From IMG/VR virus record IMGVR_UViG_3300026519_000012, positions 751 to 64,750 of that record: a DNA stretch of 64,000 bases; one strand, written 5' to 3'. This document shows positions 41,224 through 52,077 of this stretch, piece after piece. The DNA is from a virus (Duplodnaviria > Caudoviricetes). A model generated the notes under the pieces. The model had not been told where the DNA came from, ran no database searches, and saw only the letters and a program-made list of their open reading frames with translations. Within the stretch, counting starts at the first letter, position 1. Each line of letters begins with the position of its first letter. A program made the translations under genes and the position numbers.

Positions 41224-41894
41224 TGGCGAATTCCCGCACATTAACAACACTTGTTCAGGAAGCTGTACGCGAATCTAGGCGTATGGAAAGAGTAAGTGAC
41301 TGTGTGCGTTTTGTGAGAGCTACTGTGCGGGAATGTCAAGCTTTACAATTGTTTGATGATGATTTAGTAGAAGAGCAACTCGCCGCAGACGCGGTGCCTT
41401 TTATTTGGACTCCATCTGCCACCATTAGGCATTTGGATTTTGTTAGGTACCACGCAGGCGCAGATTATGAATATCCTACATTCATAAAACCTAGCTTGCG
41501 ACAGAGGGAAGCTGCTTTTTATTACTACAAGAGCGGAAAGAGTATTGTATTCGCAGGGGCATCGGTAGGGATGTTAATTGACGTATCTTATTATAGCACA
41601 CTGCCTGCGCTTAATTACTACGACCCAAAACTTGGGCTAATAGAACCTGCGTCTTATGATTTAATGCTACGGGCGTGGACATATAGCACAGAGGGCTTGT
41701 CGGCAGAAGCACAGGAAGCTGCTAGAGATGCCGTAACAAACTGGCTTATTTTTGACTGGTATGATTTAATCATGGAAGGCGTACTGGCTAAATTGTATAA
41801 AGCCTCTGATGATGACCGCGCCCGTACGCATTATTCTCAATATAAAGCAGGGCAAGTTGAGTTGGTTGCGATGGCTTCAGGGATTAACTCATGA
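41223..41894 (+). CDS. Putative head-tail adaptor
   Basis: Position and TNWLIFDWYDLIMEGVL motif. Confidence 0.6.
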   Translation: MANSRTLTTLVQEAVRESRRMERVSDCVRFVRATVRECQALQLFDDDLVEEQLAADAVPFIWTPSATIRHLDFVRYHAGADYEYPTFIKPSLRQREAAFYYYKSGKSIVFAGASVGMLIDVSYYSTLPALNYYDPKLGLIEPASYDLMLRAWTYSTEGLSAEAQEAARDAVTNWLIFDWYDLIMEGVLAKLYKASDDDRARTHYSQYKAGQVELVAMASGINS

Positions 41895-42475
41895 AGGCTA
41901 TACTACAACCTGCTCTTTATATGAGTGAATTTGATCTTGCACAGAAGTTAGAGACAGAGCAAGCGTTGTACGAAAATTTTGAGCTTGCAAAGCGCGGCCT
42001 TGTAGGGAGCAGCGTAGTGAAGATACTGAGCGTTAGTAACTCAACAGAAAAAACTGTCCTTGCAGAAATTATACTTCTGCCGGAAAAGTCTTTTACCCTC
42101 TCTACAAGCTACAGATTCAAAATTGCAGGCACCTATTCAACGGCGGCCATAGGGGGCTTGTACACATTAGGTGTAGAACTTGGAGGGGTGTCTTTGGCTA
42201 CTGTCAGTAAAAATACTTCCGGGAGCTTTATGGAGCCGTTTACGCTGGAAGGGAGCCTAAATATCTTGTCAGCGGGACTTAACGGTGAAGTTTTTGCTGA
42301 TATTTGTTTATTAGACAACCTCGGTACGTCCTTAGCTAATACAAGTACACCTGCTGCCGTAGATCTTTCACAGCCTGTGACCTTTGCGCTCACACAGGAA
42401 TGGGATGCTGCGCATGCTGACAATACGCTTAATGCACATTACGCAACATTAACGGTTTATGGGGATGGTAGCTAA
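41891..42475 (+). CDS. Hypothetical virion protein
   Basis: Coupled, beta-rich ORF. Confidence 0.5.
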   Translation: MKAILQPALYMSEFDLAQKLETEQALYENFELAKRGLVGSSVVKILSVSNSTEKTVLAEIILLPEKSFTLSTSYRFKIAGTYSTAAIGGLYTLGVELGGVSLATVSKNTSGSFMEPFTLEGSLNILSAGLNGEVFADICLLDNLGTSLANTSTPAAVDLSQPVTFALTQEWDAAHADNTLNAHYATLTVYGDGS

Positions 42476-42987
42476 TGCGTGGGGAATTTGAAATTTTTGA
42501 TGTGCGACCAGCAGGGACCCCTGTGGAAATTGGGGAGAAACCTCTTGTTGTTCCTAACTCGTTAGTAGCAGAAGGCGGTATTGCTTATTTGCGTATGATT
42601 TTTCAAGGCGATAATACTGTTATAGGGCTAGGGCAGAATTATTATCTAGGGGGGTGTGCGCAAACACCAGAAGCAAGTGATAGTTTATCTTCCATATCCA
42701 CGGAACCTGCATTCATTAATGGCTATTCCAGACCTGCCTTAATAAGAAATTCTACAGGTTTTCCAGTTATTGACGTAGTTAATGGCGTAGCTAGGGCGCA
42801 ATCAGCTTTAGCTACATTCACAGCAACAGGGGGTAATTTTACTTTGCCGATTAGCCGCTTATTTTTATGTTCAGTGGCTACAGGATATACAGGCACCTTA
42901 TTTGCTTACACAGGGGCATTAGAGTCTGCGATAACTTTGGCTGCTGGTGATTCTTTACCTGTACGTTACAATCTTTACTGGGATTAG
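42475..42987 (+). CDS. Hypothetical virion/tail protein
   Basis: Coupled, beta-rich ORF. Confidence 0.5.
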   Translation: MRGEFEIFDVRPAGTPVEIGEKPLVVPNSLVAEGGIAYLRMIFQGDNTVIGLGQNYYLGGCAQTPEASDSLSSISTEPAFINGYSRPALIRNSTGFPVIDVVNGVARAQSALATFTATGGNFTLPISRLFLCSVATGYTGTLFAYTGALESAITLAAGDSLPVRYNLYWD

Positions 42988-42990
42988 CAA

Positions 42991-44835
42991 ATGGCGCATG
43001 TTGCTGCTCATGTAACAACTTTTAAGGGTTTGCAGCCCGGCATAGACCCGCGCCGAATTGTAAATCCTTACATTGTGGATGGGCGGAATTTTTACATTGG
43101 CATTGACGGTGCGATGTCTGGATTCGGGTATACGACATTAGGGGAAAAAAGCCTAGCCTCTCCTTTATTTGTGAAGTCTTTTAATGTAGGAGCGGACACG
43201 TTTTACTTTTCCGGCAACTATGTATATTCATTCGACAAAGCCAGCGGAACTTATGTACCAGTATTTTCTTTTATCGCAGATACAAGTATAGCCCCTTGGA
43301 GCCACGCACTTGTCGGCGGTATAAATTATTTTATTCGTAAAGGTGCAGCACTTATACGCTATGATGAAAGCCTATCTTCTTGGTCGCAAATATCTGGAGG
43401 TTCTATTCCTGCTGACGGAGTAGGTGTTGCCCGTTCACATGGAAGGCTTGTTATTGTTTCTCCTACATGGGTGTCATGGTCAGCAATAGATGATGGCGAA
43501 GATTTTGTGGCTAGTACAGTTACGGGGGCTGGCGCACAAAGCCTTGTAATTATAGGGCAGGGTGCAGGTATAGCAGTAAAAGAGACAACTGACGGGTTTT
43601 TAACTTACACAGAAAGCGGGATATTAAAGTCACAGCTAGTAAACACAATCAACCCTTATAGACATATTCCTGTTAGTGACACAAATCAGACAGTACAGAC
43701 TGCTATAAGCCCTTTTGCTATTGTGGAAATGGCAAACAAAGAACAAGTAGTCTTAACTAAAACGGGATTTTATAAACTGAATGGCACGACAATAACACCG
43801 TGGCAGCCATTGTTTGGGGAATATTTTAGAACTGCCGTATTCCCTACTATAGATTTCAGTGTGGACGCCGTGCTTCAACTTACTTATATTCCAGAAAAGC
43901 AATGGTTTTTTGTTTCTTTTGCGGAAAATCAAGAGTCCGCCGTTTATACAAAAGCGTGGTGCCTTTATATACCTTCAGGGGAGTGGGGCAGTTTCGATGT
44001 AACACACACAGCTTTTGTGCATACCCCAGGAACTATTAGAGGGAGTGATAATTTCACGTGGGGGTTTTTAACATATACAGGTACACTCAATGAGTTTACA
44101 GAAGAGCCGTTCAACTTAGACACTCCAGAACTTGCGGGCAGCGCATTTATATTCAGTAGTGATGTCAGCTACCCGGCAGTATTGAGCAACGATGTATATG
44201 AATTTAGCACAGCTACTACAGCTTATGGGGAAGACACGAGTTTGTGCACACTAACAGGTGTTTGGGACAATTATGGGGTTATTTACGAAAGCCCTTTAAA
44301 TGCGAAGTCGCCAACCGAGATATCTATGGTGACAAATGTTACAGGCACTTCGACAGTTGCACATATAGGACTTACTTATACACAGCAAAGTAAAACTGCC
44401 TTGGAAGCGTTTATACAAGTCGGGCCTTTTACTTCTAGGACGGAAAAAGACGCAGAACGCAGATTTTTGATTAATAATGTAACTATAGGAATGCAAGCAG
44501 AAGCCTTTGTTGTAACTTATGATGACTGGTTGCTAGACTATGATGAGGAAGTAGAACAAGATTGGCTCCTTGAAGGTACAGATGAAGATTGGACTGGGGC
44601 AGTCGGTGAAGTTGTTGATTATACGTTTACTGTCTTACCTACTATAGATGGCAAAACAAGTTATGCTTTAGATACACACCTGCCAGAAGAGACTTTTGCA
44701 CAAGGTAAAACACGTAATTTTGCTTCTGGACATGAAGGTGTATATAACTATTTTTCTTTCTATGCCGATTTGCCAAATCAAGCATTTGCGTTAAAATTGA
44801 TATCTTTAGATGGTATTTATACAGGTAAACTATGA
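42991..44835 (+). CDS. Putative tail nozzle/stabilization protein
   Basis: 614 aa propeller-like; HGRLV..VSWSAIDD motif. Confidence 0.6.
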   Translation: MAHVAAHVTTFKGLQPGIDPRRIVNPYIVDGRNFYIGIDGAMSGFGYTTLGEKSLASPLFVKSFNVGADTFYFSGNYVYSFDKASGTYVPVFSFIADTSIAPWSHALVGGINYFIRKGAALIRYDESLSSWSQISGGSIPADGVGVARSHGRLVIVSPTWVSWSAIDDGEDFVASTVTGAGAQSLVIIGQGAGIAVKETTDGFLTYTESGILKSQLVNTINPYRHIPVSDTNQTVQTAISPFAIVEMANKEQVVLTKTGFYKLNGTTITPWQPLFGEYFRTAVFPTIDFSVDAVLQLTYIPEKQWFFVSFAENQESAVYTKAWCLYIPSGEWGSFDVTHTAFVHTPGTIRGSDNFTWGFLTYTGTLNEFTEEPFNLDTPELAGSAFIFSSDVSYPAVLSNDVYEFSTATTAYGEDTSLCTLTGVWDNYGVIYESPLNAKSPTEISMVTNVTGTSTVAHIGLTYTQQSKTALEAFIQVGPFTSRTEKDAERRFLINNVTIGMQAEAFVVTYDDWLLDYDEEVEQDWLLEGTDEDWTGAVGEVVDYTFTVLPTIDGKTSYALDTHLPEETFAQGKTRNFASGHEGVYNYFSFYADLPNQAFALKLISLDGIYTGKL

Positions 44836-46226
44836 CTAAACGCGTACAAATACTTCGTTATACGGACGCCGCAACCTCTGCATTTGTTGGGCGCGTGGGC
44901 GAATTGTCAGTAAATTTGACTAACAAAAGCCTAGTTGTTCATGACGGCATAAACGCCGGAGGGCAAGAACAAGCAAGGGTTGATTTTGTTAATGTCGATG
45001 GTGTGCCAGCGTTGACGCAATTAAGTGCTGGTGTGGGTTCGATTGCAGGATTAACTGTGGGTGCTAATCGGCTTCTATATACTGAATCTTCTGATTCCTA
45101 CACATCAACGAGCTTGACCTTGCTAGGACGTAATCTTTTAGCAGGAAATAATACAGCCGCTATGCGTGCAACGTTGGAAACTCCTGGGCTGGCTGTCTCG
45201 AATACGTTTCTTAATCAGCATAATGAATTTCGTGGTCGTATTGAAATGAACAATCACGGTGTTACTCCTGCAAGTTTTGTTCATCATGATGACAACGCGG
45301 ATGTTGATAAAAAGCGTTGGGGCATTACAACTTCAGGAACGGCGAACGGAGACTTACATTTTCAAGCGCGCTCGGATGATGATATTACCCGTGTTGATTA
45401 TATGGTATGTACTAGAGGTACGGGTGTGTCTGTATTTAGGGTTAATTTGCTTGCGGGGGAAGTACAGGCAAATGGTAGCAATATTGTTACAGAGGCTAGA
45501 AATAATAATTTTGCAGGGCAGCAAAGAATTACTAACACTGCGCCTACCTTGTTTTTACATGAGACAGGCGTAGCGGCAGATAGTGGGAAATATTATTTTC
45601 AGGTGGATAGCACTAACCTGACTTTGTTTTTGATGAATGACGCAGAAAATGCATCAACTCCAGTAATGCAGTTTGCTAGAACGGGTATAAATAGTGATGC
45701 AATTGATTTTACTGCGGATAATTTTCGGATTAATGGTGAGTCGGTTGCTACACAATCACCTGCCGTGCCCGGCTATGTCAAAGGCAAAGCGGTTTATGTA
45801 TCAGCTACAGGGGACAACGGGTTAGGTATAAACATTGCTTCTAGCGCCGTTATGGATGCATGGGAGTCTTACGGCCCGACAGGTTCCGGCGCGAGTAACA
45901 TCATGGCGGATCTAGACGTACTCCCGGCAGGAGCTACTTGGGTAGAGTTATCTATACGATTGCTTATCCGCCGGATTTCAGCTCCCGATACATTAGTGGC
46001 TGTTTACGCACGGCCTACAGGTAGTACGGCTAATGGGATACTCACTTCAGTGGTTCTTCATGAAGCGCAGACGGATGCTGGTGAGATAAATGTGTATTTT
46101 CTACATCGGTCTATAAAGGTTGCGCTCGATGCGCAAAACCGTTTTGAACTTAAGTGGGATATCCCTGCATCTGGAACGGTACTATCCCAAGGTATTATAG
46201 CCATAGTCACAGGCTTCGGTGCCTAA
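44832..46226 (+). CDS. Tail fibre (phage B), Mtd-like N-terminal anchor
   Basis: VQILR...FVGRVGEL...LVVHDG..AGG N-terminal motif; C-terminus shared with 12038..13513. Confidence 0.8.
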   Translation: MTKRVQILRYTDAATSAFVGRVGELSVNLTNKSLVVHDGINAGGQEQARVDFVNVDGVPALTQLSAGVGSIAGLTVGANRLLYTESSDSYTSTSLTLLGRNLLAGNNTAAMRATLETPGLAVSNTFLNQHNEFRGRIEMNNHGVTPASFVHHDDNADVDKKRWGITTSGTANGDLHFQARSDDDITRVDYMVCTRGTGVSVFRVNLLAGEVQANGSNIVTEARNNNFAGQQRITNTAPTLFLHETGVAADSGKYYFQVDSTNLTLFLMNDAENASTPVMQFARTGINSDAIDFTADNFRINGESVATQSPAVPGYVKGKAVYVSATGDNGLGINIASSAVMDAWESYGPTGSGASNIMADLDVLPAGATWVELSIRLLIRRISAPDTLVAVYARPTGSTANGILTSVVLHEAQTDAGEINVYFLHRSIKVALDAQNRFELKWDIPASGTVLSQGIIAIVTGFGA

Positions 46227-46229
46227 ATA

Positions 46230-46424
46230 ATGAACCAAGATAAAATAGAAATAGCAAAAAACGTAGGCGACGCGGTAGTAATACCGACTGGCGTTGTGGT
46301 GTCAATAAGCTATTGGATCACTGATATTATCAATCCATTGATAACAGCGCTGATAGGCTTAATGACTATAATTTGGCTTTTTTATAGGATCAAAGAGAGT
46401 AAGCGCATCACGAAGGCACCTTAA
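46230..46424 (+). CDS. Putative holin (copy 2)
   Basis: Identical to 13517..13711. Confidence 0.55.
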   Translation: MNQDKIEIAKNVGDAVVIPTGVVVSISYWITDIINPLITALIGLMTIIWLFYRIKESKRITKAP

Positions 46425-46481
46425 TGAGCGACCTTATTATTACATCGCTATCATATAAACCCGTTACAAGGTAGGAATGAA

Positions 46482-46946
46482 ATGTTGATCGATAAATTTT
46501 TCATAATAGGGCTGCCAAGGAGTAGAACCTACTGGCTAAGTCAGTTTTTTGGCTGTCTCCACGAAGGCGTTTATCACTACCCAGATTACAGGGATTTTCT
46601 TAAGTCTGACCATACTGGTGATAGCACTACTTGTTATTTGCAGATAAAGGATCTAATCAAGGATGAGAGAAAAGTAATCATACATAGGGATATTAAAGAT
46701 GTTGGAGATTCTCTTGTTGAGCTGTTTGGGAAGTTTGATTGTAGCTTTCTGAAGGATATTGAAAAAGAATTACTAGAAGAAGATGGGCTTCATGTCCAAT
46801 TTGATGACATTAGCTCACGGTTAGAGGAGATATGGGATTACTGTAGAAGCGATGAATTCCCAAAAGAAAAAGCACTAAAAATGGACGACGTGATAATGGA
46901 AAACCATTTTTTAATTGGAGAGGTAAAGAAGCTTGTCATCTTATAA
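46482..46946 (+). CDS. Sulfotransferase-like protein (copy 2)
   Basis: Identical to 13769..14233. Confidence 0.6.
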   Translation: MLIDKFFIIGLPRSRTYWLSQFFGCLHEGVYHYPDYRDFLKSDHTGDSTTCYLQIKDLIKDERKVIIHRDIKDVGDSLVELFGKFDCSFLKDIEKELLEEDGLHVQFDDISSRLEEIWDYCRSDEFPKEKALKMDDVIMENHFLIGEVKKLVIL

Positions 46947-47502
46947 GAAGCTTGATTTAAGGCTTAATGTCCAGCCGCTCAAGGAAGCCTTGGAGCGCAG
47001 GAGCGACTTATTCGGCAAGTATGATTACCGGGCGACTTCTGAAGGATCGCCACACTCGGAAATGAAAGATATCTGGGTGAGATATAAAGACGTTGCGCCA
47101 CATATAAAATCGGGAGATTTCTCTAGCTTCGCTAACGAACATGACTCTATCTGGTATCAGGTATACCGGGATCTACCGGAGACAAAAGAGATTATATTTT
47201 CTGTAATGAACGCAGTAAATGGCGAACGACTTGGCGGCGTGTTAATCACAAAATTACCCCCCGGCGGTAAGATAAAGAAACATGTTGACGGTGGGTGGCA
47301 CGCTGAGTATTACGATAAATATTACGTGCCTGTTAAAAACGAAGACGGCGCTATATTTTCGTTTGAAGACGGGGTCATCGCCCCGGCGGAGGGTGACGTG
47401 TACTGGTTTGATAATTCTAAACCTCACTGGGTAGAAAACAACTCTGATTCGGAGAGAATTGCTATGGTTATTTGTATAAGAACTGATGGAGTAGAAAGCT
47501 AA
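46933..47502 (+). CDS. Asp/Asn beta-hydroxylase-like oxygenase (copy 2)
   Basis: Identical to 14220..14789. Confidence 0.8.
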   Translation: MSSYKKLDLRLNVQPLKEALERRSDLFGKYDYRATSEGSPHSEMKDIWVRYKDVAPHIKSGDFSSFANEHDSIWYQVYRDLPETKEIIFSVMNAVNGERLGGVLITKLPPGGKIKKHVDGGWHAEYYDKYYVPVKNEDGAIFSFEDGVIAPAEGDVYWFDNSKPHWVENNSDSERIAMVICIRTDGVES

Positions 47503-48938
47503 TGCCTTGGGGAGCAGCAGCGGTTATAGGTGGCGCGCTAGTATCCGGCTACGCATCAAATCGCGCGGCAGGAAAAGCGGCAGACGCATCACAATACGCC
47601 ACTGACAGCGCTAACAGGCTATCTGAGCGGCAGTTCGATATGGTACGTGGCGACACGGCACAAGCAAGGGCTGCAGGTGGTGAGGCGGGTGCCGAGCTAT
47701 CACGATCGCTAGGCCTTAGGACGCCGATCCCTGAAGCTTTTAACAGGCAAGCGGCAATCAGAGAGGAGATCAGGAGGTTACGCGATCGAACGGGGGACGA
47801 ATGGCGAAACTATGGCTTCACTGGGCAGTACGCTATTGAAGATGAGCGCTCTAGGCAGATCAGAGAGCTTGAGAATGAAAGTGATAATTTAACGCTTTAT
47901 GACGAAGCCCAGCCATTAGAAGGCGAAGTCCTGCCACAGTTTGGCGTTGAATTTAACTATAGCGGCGAAGGGCCTCAGTTTGAATACGGCGGCTCTCAGC
48001 CGGAATTTAATGATGCTAGTCGATTAAGCCAGTTTCAGAATCAGGGTGAGAATCTGCAAAGTTTTGAAACGGATCAAGAGGTTTCGCAGTTCGGCCAAGG
48101 TGACCGGTTCGAGTATGACCTCGAAGGCGATGCTGGCTATCAGTTTGCTCGTGATGAGGCAATCAAGGCCACCGGACGAGTCTCTGCAGCACAAGGCAAG
48201 CGCGGCAGTGGTAACCGGCTGGCAGAGGTCGCAGACCGCGTGACGGGCGTTGCATCGCAGTATGCTGACCAAGCTTTTAACCGACAGGTTAGAGCTTCCG
48301 CTGAGAACTACGGCCGAGACGTAAATGAATTCGGCCTTCAGCGCGCGGGTGATACTGAAGCGTACGGGCGAGAGCGTGGCGAATTCGCCATTGATTATGG
48401 CCGAAACATTGATCAGTACGAGCGCGATATCGGGGCTTTCAACGTAAACACTGGAGTGGCAGATCGCAACTATGGCCGAGAGCTAACGAGGTACGAAATC
48501 GCTCGAGGAAGAGAGGGTGAAGGCTATAATCGGGCAAATCGCCTCTATGAAGTCCGAACGGCTGAGGATAACCGAGAATATCAACGCGCGGGCGATGAAT
48601 ATAATCGTGGTTTCACAAGGTTTGGTGTTGAGACTGATCAGAATCGGGAGCTATACGGCCGTCGCCAAGATCGATTAAATCGACTTGCAAGTATGGCGGG
48701 AGCTGGGCAAACGGCAGTCAGTCAAAGTGCAAGCGCAGGTAGCAACTATGTCAATGCTGCCAGCAACAATCTGATGGCAAATGCTCAGAATCAGGGGAAT
48801 GCCGCGATGGTTAAATATCAAGGCCTAAACAATGCAGCACAAGCTGGGATCTCTAACATGTTAAGTTACAACCAGCAGCAGCAAAATAACCAGATGATGC
48901 AACAGTGGCTGAACCAGCAGCCGGGGGCGCTAAGATGA
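47502..48938 (+). CDS. DNA ejection protein gp7-like (copy 2)
   Basis: Identical to 14789..16225. Confidence 0.7.
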   Translation: MPWGAAAVIGGALVSGYASNRAAGKAADASQYATDSANRLSERQFDMVRGDTAQARAAGGEAGAELSRSLGLRTPIPEAFNRQAAIREEIRRLRDRTGDEWRNYGFTGQYAIEDERSRQIRELENESDNLTLYDEAQPLEGEVLPQFGVEFNYSGEGPQFEYGGSQPEFNDASRLSQFQNQGENLQSFETDQEVSQFGQGDRFEYDLEGDAGYQFARDEAIKATGRVSAAQGKRGSGNRLAEVADRVTGVASQYADQAFNRQVRASAENYGRDVNEFGLQRAGDTEAYGRERGEFAIDYGRNIDQYERDIGAFNVNTGVADRNYGRELTRYEIARGREGEGYNRANRLYEVRTAEDNREYQRAGDEYNRGFTRFGVETDQNRELYGRRQDRLNRLASMAGAGQTAVSQSASAGSNYVNAASNNLMANAQNQGNAAMVKYQGLNNAAQAGISNMLSYNQQQQNNQMMQQWLNQQPGALR

Positions 48939-50095
48939 GCGGCTTTAAGGTATTTGATTACAATCAGGCCATCGGTGGTGCAAACCAGAGCAGCCGAAAT
49001 AGACTTTCGATGATGCAGGGTATGCAGTCGATGACTGATCGCAGGGAAGATCGGCAATATAATCGGCAGAGTCAAAACCGACTATCTGAAATCAGGGACA
49101 ATCAGGAGAACCGCGCGCAGGCTCAATTCGACCAGAAACAGCAGATTGAGAATACAAAGTTTTTCTACCAAGGAATGACCGAAGTCGCCAGAGATCCATC
49201 GCGTGCCCAGTATTGGGCGGATGAACTTAAGAAGCGTGGTATCGCTGATTTTGACATCTCAAAAGGGACCCCAGAGCAATTACAGCAAGGGGCGGCTAAG
49301 CAGGCAGATGCACTTCGTAAATCATTGGAGGCCATTGGTGAGATTGCGCCTGAGCCACGGGAGAAATACGGGCAACCTGTTGCGGGCGTGGGGCCGAGTG
49401 GTAATCCCGAATTTCAGCGCTTTGGTGACCGAGGTAGCGCCCAGATTGTCAATGATTTCGTGCCGAGCAAGAAAGTCCCGCTGGTGAGCATAAATAAGGG
49501 CGAAGACAAGTACGCGACGGAGAGAATGAAGTTGCAGGCTCAGGGTATTAATGACTTAGGGAAAAATGCTAGCGCGGCGTACAAGTCATCCATGGCGATG
49601 GATCGGTTTACCAAGGCATCCGAAAAAGGAACAGAAGGCGGTGCCCAGCCAGTTATAACGGCGGTAAAGAACCTTTTAACCTCTTTTGGGTATGATGACA
49701 AACAGTTGGCGGAAGTAAGAATCATGGAGCAGGCGATCAATGACGTGCTTGCAAATAAGATGGCAACATTGGGTGCCCGCGGGCTGACTGACAGTGATAT
49801 GAATATACTCAAGGCGTCGCTACCTAGAGTTGCTACTGATCGCAATTCGAGGCTCGAAGTAGCTCGAATATTGAAAATCCTCAACGATTTTGAAATTGAT
49901 GAGTATATTGCCGAACTTGATGAAGAGAAGAGAATTAACCCTGAGCTAGCTAAGCGGATAATGGAACCGAGGTGGCTTAGGTTTTATAAAGCAGAAAAGG
50001 CCAAGGAGGCGAAGGGCAAGGATGGAGCGCCGCCGCCCTCAACCGATCAGCCCCCCCCCTCAATTGATGACCTGGTGAATAAATATGCCAACTAG
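48935..50095 (+). CDS. DNA ejection protein (copy 2)
   Basis: Identical to 16222..17382. Confidence 0.6.
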   Translation: MSGFKVFDYNQAIGGANQSSRNRLSMMQGMQSMTDRREDRQYNRQSQNRLSEIRDNQENRAQAQFDQKQQIENTKFFYQGMTEVARDPSRAQYWADELKKRGIADFDISKGTPEQLQQGAAKQADALRKSLEAIGEIAPEPREKYGQPVAGVGPSGNPEFQRFGDRGSAQIVNDFVPSKKVPLVSINKGEDKYATERMKLQAQGINDLGKNASAAYKSSMAMDRFTKASEKGTEGGAQPVITAVKNLLTSFGYDDKQLAEVRIMEQAINDVLANKMATLGARGLTDSDMNILKASLPRVATDRNSRLEVARILKILNDFEIDEYIAELDEEKRINPELAKRIMEPRWLRFYKAEKAKEAKGKDGAPPPSTDQPPPSIDDLVNKYAN

Positions 50096-51899
50096 AGAGC
50101 AGCTCGAATCAGCGCTAATAAATGCTGATAAGGCTGGAGACATTAACGCTGCAAAGCAACTTGCAATGGCAATCAAGCAAGGAGGTGAGATAGTCCAGCC
50201 ACCTCAAGAGGTGCCACCCAAAGACCCAGCTGAAGTGTACTCAGGATTCATACAGGGACTTAGAGATCCGGTTGACGGGCTTGCTCAGCTTTTATACGAG
50301 GCATTGCCAGAAGGGGTTAGAGAGTCAGGGGACGCTTTAAATAATTGGCTTTCTGAGAAAACAGGTTTTATTGAAAAAATCCCTGAAGGTGGGTTTACTC
50401 AATTGCTAAAAGACAAAGAAGCGAGGTACCAAGCCGGTCGAGTTAAAGAAGGAGACGAGGGCGCTGATCTGGACAGAATTGGAGGAAACTTCGTTTCAAT
50501 GGCGGTTCCGGGCGCACAAGTTCGCGCAGTCAGCGCGCTGGGAAAAGTCGCTCAGGGAGCGGCTTTGGGCGCAGGATATGGCGCGGCGTTGCCAACCTAT
50601 GGTGATGAGTTCTGGGTAGAAAAAGGCATGCAGGCCGCGATTGGTTCTGCTGCCGGAGGCGCCCTATCGGCCAGCGGTGTTGCCGCTGGAAAAGCCATCG
50701 ATGCAGGGAAGCGCATTTTACGACCTATGACTTCTGGCGGAAGAAAGGCTGATGTCACTGACACTTACCAGACTTTAGCCGGGAGTGAAAAAGATAAAAT
50801 TATTAGCGCGCTAAAATCAGCAAAAAAAGGGCAAACATCAGCGCAGGCAATCGCCAACGCTAACCGGGGAAGTAACGATGTATTTGGTGCGTCTATTGTC
50901 CGCCTAGAGAAGGACTTATCAAAAAAATCCCCGATTACCGACAAAATGCGAAGTGTTTACAAAAAACAATCAATGGATCGAAAAAGGTCTCTTGATAAGA
51001 TCGCAAAAACAGATGGTGACCTTGCCGAAGCAATAAAACAAAGAGATAGCAAGGCCGCTCCTTACTATGATGCGGCTCGGAAGTCCAGCAATAGCATCAA
51101 TGTCGAAACGCTAAGAAATAGCATCGATGGAGTTATAAGAGACAATATAAACGATACTGCGATCACTATTCCCCTTAAAAATATCCAGAGAAAGCTAAAG
51201 GATGCAACGCCAAGAGGGCTTATTTCAACGTCAAGCCATATCAAGCGCCTAATGAACAAAACAATAGACGGGAAAAATGTCTATGACAAAAAAGTGCTGA
51301 CTGAGATCAAGGAAGCGCTGGATAAGAGTATTGAGAAAAGCGTTGCTGATTACGACATTGCTAGAGAGATTATCAGGAGAGAATCTGTCCCCATAAATCG
51401 AATGAAAGTCGGCCAAGAGCTTAAAAAATCGCTTATTGATGCCACCGAGCAAGAGAAGGCACGGCCGTTTGTGAACGCACTAAGGGAGGCGCCTAGAACA
51501 GTTAAGCGCGCCACCGGGTTTACGGGCAATAACACGCTTGAAAACATTTCGAGCAGGGCCGAAATGGAGACATTTTATAAAATAAGGGATGAGCTGCTAA
51601 CTGACGAGAGCATGAGTAGACTTGCAAAAGGCGTCGACGGTGTTTTATCTGACATTTCTACGCAGTCAAAACCTCAACTGCCAAACGCTCTTGTCAGAGA
51701 GATTATGATAGCCAATCATCTGTTGAAAAGACTGGCGCACAAAGATTATGGAGCCGATTACCAGCGAATGATGCTTGACCTGCAAAAAAACCCAAAGTTG
51801 CTTGCAAAAGTGCTTCAGACAGAAAAGGACAGGAAGGTTCAGTCAGCAGTAATCAGATTGGTTGGTGAAGGCGCCGTTGTTTCAGCAGTGCCGCAATGA
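50085..51899 (+). CDS. DNA ejection protein (copy 2)
   Basis: Identical to 17372..19186. Confidence 0.65.
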   Translation: MPTREQLESALINADKAGDINAAKQLAMAIKQGGEIVQPPQEVPPKDPAEVYSGFIQGLRDPVDGLAQLLYEALPEGVRESGDALNNWLSEKTGFIEKIPEGGFTQLLKDKEARYQAGRVKEGDEGADLDRIGGNFVSMAVPGAQVRAVSALGKVAQGAALGAGYGAALPTYGDEFWVEKGMQAAIGSAAGGALSASGVAAGKAIDAGKRILRPMTSGGRKADVTDTYQTLAGSEKDKIISALKSAKKGQTSAQAIANANRGSNDVFGASIVRLEKDLSKKSPITDKMRSVYKKQSMDRKRSLDKIAKTDGDLAEAIKQRDSKAAPYYDAARKSSNSINVETLRNSIDGVIRDNINDTAITIPLKNIQRKLKDATPRGLISTSSHIKRLMNKTIDGKNVYDKKVLTEIKEALDKSIEKSVADYDIAREIIRRESVPINRMKVGQELKKSLIDATEQEKARPFVNALREAPRTVKRATGFTGNNTLENISSRAEMETFYKIRDELLTDESMSRLAKGVDGVLSDISTQSKPQLPNALVREIMIANHLLKRLAHKDYGADYQRMMLDLQKNPKLLAKVLQTEKDRKVQSAVIRLVGEGAVVSAVPQ

Positions 51900-52077
51900 T
51901 CCGCCAAGCATTACTTTAAAAGTAACAGTTAGCTTTTTATTTTGTTTAATATTGCCGACTCAATCGTATTTATAGCCGATCCACCCTTAATCATATCAGA
52001 CGTAACGTTGTAATGGCGTTAAAATGTTTGCCGCTCTAATTGTCTAAGCGCGGTATAAAACTGTTCTTCTATCTCGG

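Noticed and set aside
44832-46226. Diversity-generating retroelement (Mtd-like N-terminus, duplicated C-terminus)
   Set aside because: No reverse transcriptase is present, the few differences between copies are not adenine-specific, and the extreme C-termini are identical.
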